DNA of 64,000 nucleotides from Octopus sinensis (lineage: Eukaryota), in contig NC_043010.1 of the NCBI RefSeq assembly GCF_006345805.1, positions 20,646,001 through 20,710,000 on the forward strand. Reading direction: 5' to 3'. Made by a program: the position numbers and the translations under genes. Positions 24,318 to 37,799 of this stretch are shown piece after piece. The notes below the pieces were generated by a model. The model was given only the letters and a program-made list of their open reading frames with translations. It made no database searches and was not told the DNA's origin. How positions within the stretch are numbered: position 1 is the stretch's first letter; every line of letters begins with the position of its first letter.

Positions 24318-26794
24318 GGGGAGACCGGGGCAAGTTGACTACAGGGGCACGTTGACACATTTACTCTAGAGAAAATGCGAAACTACTTTCGGACGATTTA
24401 ATGAGAACATATTAGTGCTGTTAGTATAAGCTTCGCCCCTCATTTGATTTCGTCGCCGTTGTGAGAGTTTGTCTGCTACACGCGGACAACATTGGAATTT
24501 TCCACTTGGTAAGTTATTTTCGACATTTTCGATAATTAGTTATTTTGGATATTGTTTAAGACTGCATTATGTGTATTAAACCTTAAGGAGTTAGTAAAAT
24601 ATCTCTCACGACCCTATACAAATGGATTCTTGCGAAACCCTAGTGGTTTTCTCTCAGTGCTTACATTTACGAGGGAAATGGGGTCGGGGCAAGCTGACAC
24701 ATGTCTATCGCGCTTATCGCCCTAAAAAAGGGAGAACACTAATGGGGGTTTAACATTTACTACAACTGTTTCGGTAGAATTTAATGTAATGTTTTAGTGT
24801 AAACAGGGGCCCGTTGACACAGTGAGTCAACTTGCTCCGGCCTGTGATAAAGTTGTTGTAGGTGTTGCTTACATTGATTCACAGACTGTATCTGTCCCAT
24901 TTTAACTAAGAGTGTTTGCTATTTGATTCATGTCTGGTACATTGTATCAATTCATTGAATAATTTATGTATTGTTTGCTATAGTTTTAGATTAGCTATCT
25001 TTATCTAAACCAACCTATTCTATCGTCATACCGCTAACTACTTAGTCAGCAGTTTGTCTACGGCCTCAGCTTTGTAACCTGTACCACTGATATATAAGCA
25101 TGAAGTTATGCCGTGACTAGGCATGCTTGAAACTGAAAAGTAGGTGAACACTCAGAGCTTCGTTTTGCTTTCACTGTTGGATTATGCAATGAGCTAAATT
25201 GCTTTTTTTCTCCCCCTCTCTCTCTTTACAGACCTAGATCTACAATTGTCATGGTGCGACACTACAAACGCAAAAGCGAGAGGGCAACCCTTCCACAGGA
25301 TGTAATCCAACAGGCTATTCAACAGGTCCGAGCTCGTGCCATCTCCTTGCGGCAAGCTTCGAGGACATTTGGCATCCCTTTAAAATCTCTGTCTCGCTAC
25401 TGCACCAAGGCCGCTGAAGCAAACAACAACGATCACAGTCTTAGTGGATATAAAAAGCCACGGCAAGTTCTCGCCGACGAGTTCGAGAATCAGTTAGAGG
25501 CTTATGTTTTGGCTGCCACAGAAATTTACTATGGGCTTGCTCCAAAGGATGTGCGGAAATTGGCTTCTCAGATGGCAAAGGCAGATGGATGTAATATCCC
25601 TCCAACCTGGCATGAGACAGAAATGGCAGGTGAAGACTGGTTCTCTGGATATCTTCAACGACACAAGAATTTATCCACAAGAAGTCCACAGGCAACAAGC
25701 TTGGCACGAGCAACAAGTTTCAAACAAGACAAATGTTGCTATGTTTTTCAACCAACTTGCTGAGGTGATGCTTCGGTATAAATTTGATCCATTCAATATC
25801 TACAACATGGATGAAACTGGCATAACAACTGTGCAGCGCCTCGATAGAATTATTTCCAGAAAAGGAATAAAGCAAGTGAGAAAAATGACAAGTGCAGAGA
25901 GGGGAACTCTGGTCACATTGGCATGCTGTGTAAATGCCGCTGGAAACAGCATACCACCGTTTTTTGTTTTTCCTGAACAATGGACCGTCAGGCAGCGATG
26001 GAGGTGCTAATCCATCTGGTTGGATGTTTGAGGAGCAGTTTGTGAAATTCCTTCAACACTTTATGAGGAATGTGAAATGTTCAAAGCAGTCACCGTGCCT
26101 TCTCTTGCTGGACAATCACGATTCCCACCTTAGTATCGAGGGGCTGACTTATGCATCAGACAATGGCATCACCATGCTTTCTTTCCCACCTCACTGCACA
26201 CACAGGTTACAGCCGTTGGACAATGCGGTCTATGAACCACTGAAGAAGTACACAAACACTGCCACTGATGACTGGCATATCAACCATCCTGGCCAGACCA
26301 TGGCCATTTATGACATTCCGTGTATTGTCAAAACTGCATGGCCATTGACTGCAACTTCGATGAACATTCATAGTGGCTTTTCTTCATCGGGAATATGCAC
26401 TTTTAATCGCAACATTTTCCAAGACAGCGGCTTTGCACCAAGCTATGTCACTGGTCTTTTCTTTCACCATTTTAAATCCGCCCACTACCTAAAGCAGGGC
26501 CTAGGAAAGAATAAACCAGAGGAAGAAAGAAACGTTGTTCTCAAAACCTCTCTGACTCGCCGGTTAAAAGAGCAATCAAAAGGTCCAACTGTCAAGAAAA
26601 AAGTTCAAATTCAAGAAAGTGATACTTCTGATGAGGAAGGGTGCTATTGCTTAGTGTGCTGCGAGCCTTTTTCCAACAGCAAAGGAAAGGAAGTGTGGCT
26701 TCAATGCTCTGATTGTAAAGGTTGGGCTCACGAGGCATGCACACCAGGTCTGACAATATTCACATGCCCAAATTGTGACTCTGATGATGATATG
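24318..26794 (+). mobile_element. pogo/Fot1-like DNA transposon with left TIR present and right end missing
   Basis: TA|GGGGAGACCGGGGCAAGTTGAC at the left end. The GGGGC(A/C)NG(T/C)TGAC motif repeats at ~24327, 24344, 24685 and 24806, and a transposase lies downstream. Confidence 0.8.
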
Positions 26795-26824
26795 TGTAGC
26801 GTAGATGATATCCTCACTGTTTGA
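25251..26824 (+). pseudogene. pogo-family transposase (psq HTH, CENP-B HTH, DDE_1) with C-terminal PHD finger, frameshifted
   Basis: ISLRQASRTFGIP, AGEDWFSGYLQRH, YNMDETG, SAERGTLVT, LLLLDNHDSH, HRLQPLD, and CLVC...WLQCSDCKGWAHEAC...CPNC. Confidence 0.9.
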
Positions 26825-27492
26825 GAGATATATTAGAAATGATCTCGTGTTAGATAACAACCATCTTCGGCTATTTTGACCCTGTTGTGTCCACTGCTCT
26901 GATTGGTTGACAGTGGCGCATTTTGTCTCTTGACTTATTTCGCGCCAGTGTGTAAGCCAACCAATCACGGCCTTCGGATAAGGTCCCATAACACAGTCTT
27001 TTGGGGGTTTCACTGGAGCCCACCTAAGGTTATAAAAGGCGCCAGCAAATCACTATTTCTCGTCTTAGGTTCCAGTCCTTCTCAGGACTAACTTCTGACC
27101 ACAGAGCAACTCAACCATGTCTTAGGTTCCAGTCCTTCTCAGGACTAACTTCTGACCACAGAGCGACTCAACCATTGACCACACTACAACCAGACAGCCA
27201 GTTCCCGCGACGACGCTAACATACACCAGCAACGCAGGACGCTCTCCATCTCTGTCGCCTTCATCTCCAGCAACACCAATACGTACACAGCACTCGCTTA
27301 GGTTTAGCTTTCTCGCTGTTGTGATTTTCACCAAGGTTAACATCACAGCACTACCTGCAAGAATTCCTGTATCAAGAGACCTGGCACAGCGTTGAAGCCC
27401 CAACCACTACACGACATGTGTTTAACCGACATCCTGCCTTGTGACCCCAACAGCTTGTTACAGAACTATTACTATTGTGTAACCTTACTACG
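26795..27492 (+). mobile_element. Probable LTR (solo or near-solo)
   Basis: Starts TGTAG and ends CTACG followed by AACTGGT (PBS-like). It has CCAAT boxes, TATAAAAGG at ~27031 and an internal ~58-bp tandem duplication at 27062-27176. Confidence 0.5.
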
Positions 27493-27563
27493 AACTGGTA
27501 AATTAACTGGTAAAAAAGCCTTGTGAGTGGATCTGGTAGACGGAAACTGAAATAATCCCGTCG

Positions 27564-27627
<64 letters not shown>

Positions 27628-28770
27628 TGACGTCAAAATTGGTTGGATGGAGAATGTTCTAAAAAGTTCAAGAGTTCAAAAATGGTTGGAAGGAGAAAGT
27701 TCTAAGAATAGGAAGGGGACAGAGTGCAAGTCGTATGTACATAAAGATCTTGAGTTAGTTGAGAAAGAAAATATTTTGAAAGATCAATCATAATTATCAG
27801 GCAGTGATAACGGAAAGGTCTGCTTCAAGGCAGACAGCAAAACACTAACATTTAAAAGGGAAAGACGAATTTGCGAGCTGAAAAAAAAATATTGGAAACC
27901 AAAGTTTGAAGGGATAGAATGTGAGGATAGTAGAGTCACCATGGCTGGCATTTCTCAACGACGGACAGCAATGTAGTGGCAGTTTAACGGCTGGCGTAAA
28001 ATTTTGAACTTGATGTAAAAGAAAATTCCTAAACACCAAGTTTTGAAGTGATTCTTTCTCACGACAGTAGACTCACCATGGCAAGCATTCAAAACTTCTT
28101 CATCATGGACGGCAACACATTGACGATTTAAAGGCTGGCGCAAATTTTTTTAGCTTGATGTAACAGAGAATTCCTAAACACCCGCTCCTGTAAATTTTAA
28201 TCCCCTTCCAGCCCCATTTAGACCCCTTTTCACATTTTGCTTAATATAACCCGATTTCATTCGAGTCTACTCGGGCCACAATTTATAAGATGAGGAATTT
28301 TGTCCTAGAGGTCACGCCTTTCATTTGAGGAAAAAAATAGGTGCCATGCAAACTCGCCGGCACTTTTAACATAGGTGTGCATATTTTCAGCTCAACCGAC
28401 CACATAATGCACACATTATATATATATATATAACTACGTATATACGCATTATATATATATATATATATATACGTGTGTGTGTGTGTGTGTGTGGTGTGTG
28501 TACGCATTATATATACAAATGTATACAAATTATTATATATATATATCTATATGCAAAGTGTGTTTTTTGCCCTAGTAACGACACCTTTTAAGATAGGGAT
28601 TTCTAACCTAGCCCACTCGCATCCTCACCTCATTTTACATGTCCCTGTAAATTTTAGAGTCAATCCGACCCCATCTAGTGCCCCTTAACCCGTTCCAATG
28701 CCAAAACCAGACAAACAAACTTTTCGCATTTCAGATTTATAGATTTGATATATATATATGTATGTATATA

Positions 28771-28896
<126 letters not shown>

Positions 28897-28913
28897 CATA
28901 TATATATATAGAC

Positions 28914-28948
<35 letters not shown>

Positions 28949-29188
28949 GTGGTCGTATGCTGTCAACTCAATGTGACAGTCCCGTAAGGGAATTACACCA
29001 CCGCCATTTAACCCTAGGAAACATCGACGTTTCCTGTCGGCTTTGACTCATTTTCTGTGTCCTTATATTTGCAAAAGGGAGGCAATCACCCCCGCCAGCT
29101 GGGACTAAGCACCTGAAGACATATGTTTCTGAGTCTATTGCTCGTCGTCAGTTCAGAGTAGCCTGTCTCGCTCGCTGAGATGACTGCA

Positions 29189-29276
<88 letters not shown>

Positions 29277-30086
29277 TATATACTGTTGTGTCTGGGGAAA
29301 GTAATTTTCTTTTTGTGCCTTATAATGTAACACACTCACCAATAAAATTTCCACTTATTTCTTATTTTTATTTTCCTAAAATTTTCGTTGCGTCTTGCCA
29401 CCTTTTCAATAGTTTGACTGTCCTTTATTTACACTGCGTTCCTTTTGGTTTGTTTGTGTGCATATGTGTGTGTGTGCGTGCCCATGCATGCATGCATGTA
29501 TGTATGTATGTATGTATGTATGTATGTATGTATGTATGTATGTATGTATGTATGTATGTATGTATGCATGTATGTATGTGTGTATGTATGTATGTATGTG
29601 TGTATGTAAGTATGTATGCATGCATATGTGTATGTATACATGTGTGTGTATGCATATGTATATATGCATGTATGTGTGTGCATCTGTATGTATGTATTCT
29701 GCATATTCATGTGCTTGCATGTCCGTGTTTGTATACTTTTTATGCATGTGTGTGAGCGTGTGTATGTATATGTATGCACCTCTGTATCCTTGTGTATGTG
29801 TATATGTATGCACCTCTGTCTCCTTGTGTGTGTGCATGTCTGTGTGTGTGCGTGTTTTGCAACTATGTATCATATTTGTATGTATGGATGTGCATCTCTA
29901 TATGTGTGGACACGTGTCTCCATATGTGTCCTTGTGTGGAGTAAAGTGTGTGTGTATATACGGTCGTGTGTTTCAGTCTCCATTTGCAAATGTGTGCTTG
30001 TCTTTTCGTATAACCTATGTACCTATCCGTCTGTATGTTGATCTGTTTATGTTGATCTGCATATGTCCATATGCTTACAAACATGT

Positions 30087-30127
<41 letters not shown>

Positions 30128-30249
30128 ACACACACACACACACACACCTATCTATTCTACTCTACCTGTGTAAACTGTGGGTATGGAGGTATGATATCTA
30201 CTATATATATTTCCTATTTAGTATTGGGGAAGTTTCATTTATAAGGACG

Positions 30250-30890
30250 TACTCCCGTATTTGTCTGAATGTTGGGTCTTTTGGGTGCCTGGATAAGATG
30301 CGGATGTCGAGTTGACCCAAGTTGCCTCCATGGCGGTCTTTGGCATGTTGGTAGAGTATGGAGGACTGTTTTTTGTCGTCATATTGTCTCAGATGTTCAT
30401 TTAGTCTTCCGCAATGCTCCTAGATGTCTCCCCTATGTACGTCATGTTTATATCTTTACAAGCACCTTCTATACATCTTATGCTGTAAACTACATTTCGA
30501 GTTCTACAGTTAATGCCAGGGCTAATTCTACATACCAGGCAGTTATCATTGGTGCATATGGTATTCTCAAAGGGTTACGTCCTACATAGTTGTGATCTGA
30601 CGGAGTTCCCTGGCTTTTGAACAATCTTAATGTTGAGTTTGGTCTCCTTCAGAGCTTTTCTAAATCTACAGGCTAGTTCTCTATGGGCTGTGACCTCTAC
30701 AAACATCACTCCTTGATATTTGTCGGTTTTATACCACGTGTTCGCCCTGTATGCTTTGTCACAAGTTCTTTGTATCATATTCCATTCCTTGTTTCTTATC
30801 TAGGGCAGGTACCACTGGTATCATTACGTGTAATGTTGTCTAATTTCTTTCTAGCCCCACTGTATACTCGAACCCTATCTTTCTAATCAT
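30250..30890 (-). mobile_element. Penelope-like element fragment (linker, Cys motif and GIY-YIG endonuclease), decayed
   Basis: MFVEVTAHRELA..IKIVQKPG...CTNDNCLVC...CRTRNVVYSIRC...YIGETSRS..RLNEH, with one in-frame stop and one frameshift. Confidence 0.85.
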
Positions 30891-31796
30891 ATACAGAGAA
30901 CTGCATGGAGAGAGGATATGAGAGAGAGAGAGAGAGAGAGAAAGGAGAGGCTGGAACTGCTGGTGAAAGATGGTAATGCTTAGATCAACATTATTATCAG
31001 ATCTTTTTTATATACAACAGAAATTAGTCATAAGAATTTACAGTTCAGTACATCCCCACCACCCCACCACCCCTCCACCCAGCTCCCTCCTTCCTTCCTT
31101 CCTTCCTTCCTTCCTCCTTCCCTCCTTTTCCCTCCCTTTCTCCCTTTCTCTTTCTCCACGTCACAACTCCTTCCCCCCAAACAATCCAGTACCACTCCAT
31201 GACACACATTCTACAACAACAACAACAACAATAATGATAATTCAAAGACAGACTTCAACACATTTCGGCAATGAGAATCAACAATTCTTCTTAGGAACTA
31301 TAAGTAGATTTTCACACACACACACAAACGCACGTGTACACACACACACTCACAGACGCACGTGTACACACACACATACACGCGCACACAGAGTGAATCT
31401 ATACAATGGGCTTCTTTCAGTTTCCATCAACTAAATTCACTCACTATGCTATAGAAGGAGACACTTGCCCATGGTGCCACAATGTGGCACTGAACCTGGA
31501 ATCATGTGTCTTTGAAGCAAGCATCTCTTTAAATATCAGAAGCTACAAACGATAATGTTGTCGTCATTTCTTCTGTCAATAATTTGTCTGCTGGTCTTGA
31601 ATCTTTGAAAACATGGGAAATAAAGGAGTAAGGATTAACAACGAGAAGGGCTTCCAAAAACATGCCTTAATAATATGTTCATCTAACCCAGATGCAACTC
31701 CAGGTCATCAGCATCACTTGGGCTCATCACAGAATTCATGACCCGGGCTCATCACAGATTTCGCTTAAGCCACATGTCTGCTCAAAGAATTTCACT

Positions 31797-32032
31797 GAAG
31801 GTGGCGAGCTGGCAGAATCGTTAGCGTGCCGAGTGAAATGGTTAGCGGTATGTCATCTGCTGTTACATTCTGAGTTCAAATTCCGCCGAGGTCGAATTTG
31901 CCTTTCATCCTTTCGGGGTCGATAAATTAAGTATCAGTTATGCACTGGGGTTGATGTAATCGACTTAATCTGTTTGTCTGTCCTTGTTTGTTCTCTCTAT
32001 TTTTAACCCCTTGTGGGCAATAAAGAAATAAG
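31797..32032 (+). mobile_element. SINE family B
   Basis: Homologous to 17284-17500. Confidence 0.8.
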
Positions 32033-33619
32033 AATTTCCCATTTTTCCACTTATTTCTAGCTCCAAATTGCTTATTCTTTTTTATATCTAGCACTATGTC
32101 TTTCTCCATTTCTAAGTTAAGGGTAAAAATAAAGCAACCCTGCAAAACCCAACTGATCTTTACACACAGAGGCACAGAATGACAGCAGAGTGCACAGCAA
32201 ACATCAGTGATCCGACTGTCACCTGTACTCTTGACAAGAGAAGCTGGTTAGTCTTGTTCGTATTAGCCTGAGTTGCTGGATAATTTTTCATTCCTTTAAG
32301 AATATTGTAGAACGGAAACTTTTCATAGATTGGAATTTAAATCCTAATCTTTATAGAAATTTATTGTTTCAAGAAAACATTGAATTTGAATTGCTTTTAA
32401 TTTTTACAATTATAGATAACAACTCGGGCTGTAACTTCTGAGCCCGAGTCAGGCGTGTGTGAACGATGTTGAGAGAACGTTGGGTACCGATGATGCTTTT
32501 TGATACAGAGCACCTCTTAGGCAACTGCCAGATGTTGAATGAAAATAAATGAACTGCGACCTGGCTCAATAAAAAGAGCCGGAGTTATTTGCTGAAATTA
32601 CAAACTTGAAGTCAGCGCTGGCAGAAATTAAATCAGTTTGTAAATACATGTTCACTTTACTAAGTTTATACTCGAGCTAATCCCAAACAGCTCGAGTGCT
32701 GGAGTTGCTACTGATCTAACCCATGCTAGCATTGAAAAACGAATGTAAAATCCACACATACTTCGATATCCCTCTGCTGTTAATTATCATTTACTGTCTC
32801 TTTTTCCATGCTGGAATGGATTGGATGGTTTGACTGGAGCTGTTACAGCCAGGAACTACATTGGGCTCCATTGTCCATTTTGGCAGGGCTTCTGCCACTG
32901 GGTGTCCTTCTTTATGTCAATCACTTTACAGAGTATACTGGATGCTTTTTATGTGGCACCAGCACCAGGGCTTTTACATGGCAATAGAGCCAGTAGTTTT
33001 TAGATGGCCCCTTCATCAGTGCTTTTTATGTGATGTCAGCACTGACAGGGTCACCAAGAACCTTGCAAAGCAAAAATCCTTCTTCTGGCAGAGGGGGGAG
33101 TATTATTGAGGGGTGTGTGGCTTTGTGTCAGCTGAGAGATTTAAGGTATAGAGGGGATAGAGATAGGTGTCTTGTTGTAAGGGTAGATACATGGTTACCC
33201 CTGTTGGAAAACAAAGGAGGCTGAGTTGAAGAGTAAGATGAAGAGAGTGGTAGTGAGAGAGATGATGGCAGAGATGTGTCAGGGACACACCCTCGAGGGA
33301 CATTAGGGTGGTGGTGGAAATAGGTGAGGTGATATAGAGGCTTGGGCTGGGTGAGCGGGAAGGATGAAATGACTGTAGCAAATGATGGAGAGAAATATAG
33401 GGGAGGCTTGAGGGCAGGAGTTGCAGTCGATACATGAGGGAATTAAGGATAATAATAGGTAAGTGAGGAGCTGATATTAGGGAGCCAAACAGGGAAAGGA
33501 GAGAAGGTGTAGAAAGTAGGTGATTAGTAGATTCAGGTGAGACCAATTTGCATGTATTTTAATAATTAGCTAAAACGATCTTTTAGATCAACAAATTTAG
33601 AATAAAAAATAAAAAAAAA

Positions 33620-33827
33620 CATAAATTTCACATCTAGTTCATAATCTATTATGCTTAATCACTGTTTCATTAACATAAACATTATTAATTCCATAATTTC
33701 ATAATTACATATATTCACACATACATAATTAATTGTGTTTCTAAACTATTATGCAATTATGGAATTAATGATGTTTATGCTAATGAAACAGCTGTTGAGC
33801 ATAATTAAACAGCATGTGAAATTTATG
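33620..33827. repeat. AT-rich foldback element
   Basis: Terminal CATAAATTTCACAT / ATGTGAAATTTATG with imperfect ~85-bp arms. Carries GAAACAGCTGTT. Confidence 0.75.
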
Positions 33828-34571
33828 CCTTTCTCCTTTCTATTTAGTCATCAAATGTATCAATGCAGTTCTCTTGATTGATTGATCGTTAGCATTCTTA
33901 TGTTGAATGGCTGTCCCCTGATTGGTGACCACCATTCAATCTTGTTCAGGCTGCCAAAGCTGACTCACGAGTTGTGGCCTTCATCCCATTTTACACAGCC
34001 TCTCACTAATTCCACTTGAACTGTCAAAACAAATCTGACTGGTATGACCTTTGTTCAAATTTACTCTGGCTGAGTTAACCTAAGCTTCATCCAAGTTCAT
34101 TTGGACCAAACTAAGAATAGTTACAACTCCAAATTTACTGAGATTGTGAAGAACAAACCAAGAGTGTTGAGCATTAATACAATTCCATTCAGACTTTCAA
34201 AACTCATCTGACTTTCATCTAATTATATTTCTAGTAAAAAAAAAAATGCAATTAGTAGTTTCATTTATGATTTATAAATCATAAATTAATAAATTGGAAA
34301 ATGAAATAACATTTTGCTATAAAATTACAAATTAATTATAAAACTGAATTATAATTTGTAAAGTGAGACACTTTCTTTCTTTTCTTTTCTGACTAATTAA
34401 AAGTTGGATGATAAACAACATGTGTTTTAAATATTTTAGAAGTGTTGATGTAACCATATGTGACTCACCATTTCATATGTGTCTTGCATGTTCTGTAAGG
34501 TGAGTCATAAGTGATTACATCCAGTCTCTATTTTAATTACTAATTTGTAACTTAGGTACAGCAGCACGCAT

Positions 34572-35410
34572 TTAAACCCTTTCTGTTAGTAAATTTCAAT
34601 TGAAATAAACTGTTTCAATTACAAATAAAAATAACAAAGATTTCGGTGAAATAATCTGGTTATTATTAAGTTGGTGTTTTGGAATATTGTTTAACATAAA
34701 TTTTGAAGAAAGGGCTTTATTCAGATCACCTTAAGTCTTTAGCACTTAAACTGGTCATGTTCGGCCTAAATTTTCAGCTTATTTCATGTTTGAACTGACC
34801 AGATCTGACCTATCACACCTGCTCTACAATGTCATTCTTAAACTAAACAATCACGTCATTGAAATCTTGAAGCCATGAGATTAATGCAAGATTAATTAAA
34901 AGCAATTCTTTTATTTTTGTTAACATGTTTCAGTCATTTGACTGTGGCTGTGCTGAAGCATTGCCTTTAGTCAAACAAATCGCCCCCCAGGTCTTATTCT
35001 TTGTAAGCCTAGTACTTATTCTTTCGGTCTCTTATACTGAACTGCTAAGTTATAGGAATGTAAACACACCAACATCGGTTGTCAAGTGATAGTGGAGGGC
35101 ATAAACACACACACACACTCATGTACATTGGGCTTCTTTCAGTTTCTGTCTACCAAATCCACTCACAAGGACTTGGTCAGCTCAGGGCCATAGTAGAAGA
35201 CACTTACCCAAGGTGCTACACAGTGAGACTGAACCTGGAACCATGTGGTTGGGAAGCAGCCTTCTTACCACACAGCCACGCCTGTGCCAATGTGAATAAA
35301 TAAACATCACATTTTGATCACAGAGTAATCTGAATGCTGAAGGATTAAACAGAAGTTTTATATCACAGAGTCAGGAGTGGTTTCAGGTGGAATGGTATGC
35401 AGAGGGTTAA
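34572..35410. mobile_element. Nested TTAA-flanked piggyBac-like MITEs (outer 34572-35410, inner 34731-35348) containing a family A SINE (34905-35287, minus)
   Basis: Outer ends TTAA..CCCTTT / AGGG-TTAA. Inner ends TTAAGTCTTTAGCA / TGCTGAAGGA-TTAA. Confidence 0.55.
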
Positions 35411-35856
35411 AGGTCAATTAGACTGAATCCTTGGAACTTGACTGATCCCTATTTTAGGGTTCCCGGATGTTGACCGCAACTGAGTTTGCTTTCAGACCAT
35501 AAAATGCTATAATTAAATAACACAAGTCATTTTGCCCACTGCTCTACCAATTCTGCGACATTCCATTGCTCTTTTAATGCAAAAATATAAACAATATACC
35601 TAAAACAGTCATTGGTAAACTGTAGATCAGTGGCACATGTGGCCTGTGGGACTTTCTGAATGGCACACCGAATGAAAAATTAATTTGAACATTTTTATTA
35701 ATGCAGCCTGATGATGAGGCATGTCTCATGTGGCCCACATCTGGATGGAGATTGTTCATGCCTGATCTAGAAGTTACTGCATGGTTTGCATTTTGTCTGT
35801 GAAGATATGTGGCATAGTGGTTAGGAGTGTTGGCCTCATAATTCTAAGGCCATATG

Positions 35857-36136
35857 CAGTGGTTGCCAGGAGACTAAGGGACCCAGCTGCAACTACAATG
35901 CTATCATTGAATTTTTTTGTTTGTTAAAATTTTTTTTTTGTTAAAAGTATTCTTTTCAACTGTCTATAAACACAGTCTGGCTGAAATAATGCATTCTTCC
36001 AGGAGTGAATAAAAAATTCTCTAACTTGTGGGGATGGGCCCCTTAGATACTAATACCCCCCCCCATATATGGATTCTAATGGCGCAAGGGCCCACTTGCC
36101 ATCGGGCAAGCTGGCAAGCTGGCCAGTCCACCACTG
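35857..36136. mobile_element. hAT-like MITE inserted into a decayed SINE head
   Basis: CAGTGG...CCACTG termini with an 8-bp TSD GCCATATG/GTCATATG (7 of 8 match). Confidence 0.6.
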
Positions 36137-37799
36137 GTCATATGTTCAGTTCTTGTACCGGGTGGTAGACTCTATCATTGAGCAAGGCTCATCCTTTTAT
36201 GTTGCTCATGTCTATTCATCTGAAAAGAAGTGTGCCACCAAAAAGCTGATGCGGATCTCTATTTCCGCCCCCTCCCAGCAGTCACATCCTTGATGCTTTG
36301 CTGGGTCAAAAGGGACAAAGCCAGCAGGTTATATGTATTTGCTTGTAACTTGGCAGATACTGATAACAATTAGTGAAATTGTGGTATAAGCTGCCAGGTC
36401 ATACTGACTTGAGAATGGCAATTAAGCCCCAACCCTTTTTTTGTTATACCTTGTCCTTCTTTATCATTTTACATCCAGTCCCTTTTTCCATGCTTGCATG
36501 GGTCAGGTAGAATTTGTCCTGGCAGATTTCCACTAGCTGGATGTTCTTCCTGCCACCAACCATTACTATTTCCAAGCAAGGACACTATTTCTCAAGGACA
36601 CTCACGGTTTACATGGGTAACTAGCCACAAACAACACTGCTTGCTGGACAGTGATGCTTCTTTACAGCTATCACATAACGTCACAACAAGGGTGCACACA
36701 ATACAAGCACACACACATACACGCATGCACAAACACACACACACACACACACAAACACGCACACACACACACATGTACTGGCTCAATGAGGAAAGTTCCG
36801 GTTGATCTGATCAGCTAAACAGCCTGCTTGTGGTTGAGTGCTCCACAGACGTGCATATCCTTAATGTAGTTCTCAAGGAGATTCAGTGTGACACCGGATG
36901 GGACAAGGCTGGACCCTGTGAATTACTGGTACTACACATTTTTGCCAGCTGAGTGGAATGGATCAATGCGAAATAAAACTTCTTGCTGAAAGGCACAATG
37001 CCCAACCGGGAATTGAACCCACGACTTTACGATCATGAGCTGAATATCCTAATCACCAAGCCATTGCTTTCCACACACACAAACACACACACACACATGC
37101 ACACGCACATGCACATACACACATAACACACACAGATACACACATACACACATGCACACATGCACACACACACATACACACATGCACACACATAACACAC
37201 AGATACACAGATACACACACATACACACACACACACACACAGATACACAGATACACACACACACACATACACACACACACACACACACTCACATACACAC
37301 ACACATGCATGCATTTAGCTTGTTGTTAAGTGGATAATGGTTGAAGTAGAAACTGAAAAAAATGTTTTGCCAAACATAATCTCAAATACGAACTTTACAA
37401 TGGACACGATGACCTCAAAAATATGACCTATAAAGCCTGATCAATAAGTGCTTGACCTACAAATATGATCTGTGAATCTATAACCTACGACAGACGACCC
37501 ATTAAACGGGACTACAAAACTTGACACATAAAACTATATACTATGAAATACAGCCTATACGCTAAAACTTATACACTATTGCTTTTACGTTGCCGTTACG
37601 TTCTGAGTTCAAATTCCACCGAGGTCAACTTTGCCTTTCATCCTTTCGGGGTTGATTAAATAAGTACCAGTTATGTACTTGGGTTGATGTAATCAACTTA
37701 ATCCCTTTGTCTGTCCTCTCTATGTTTAGCCCCCTGTGGGCAATAAAGAAATAAATCCTGCTTTTTCGTTATGATTTATAGAATTATGTTCTATACAAC

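Noticed and set aside
25251-26824. Domesticated pogo gene (JRK/TIGD-like)
   Set aside because: At least two frameshifts and a retained left TIR indicate a decayed transposon copy.
31700-31760. Possible C/D-box snoRNA on the minus strand (two GTGATGA)
   Set aside because: A 14-bp direct repeat (GGGCTCATCACAGA) explains it, and there is no terminal stem or proper box D spacing.
32540-32600. Possible host exon (KINELRPGSIKR, calponin-homology-like)
   Set aside because: It is bounded by in-frame stops, has no convincing splice sites and is too short to support.
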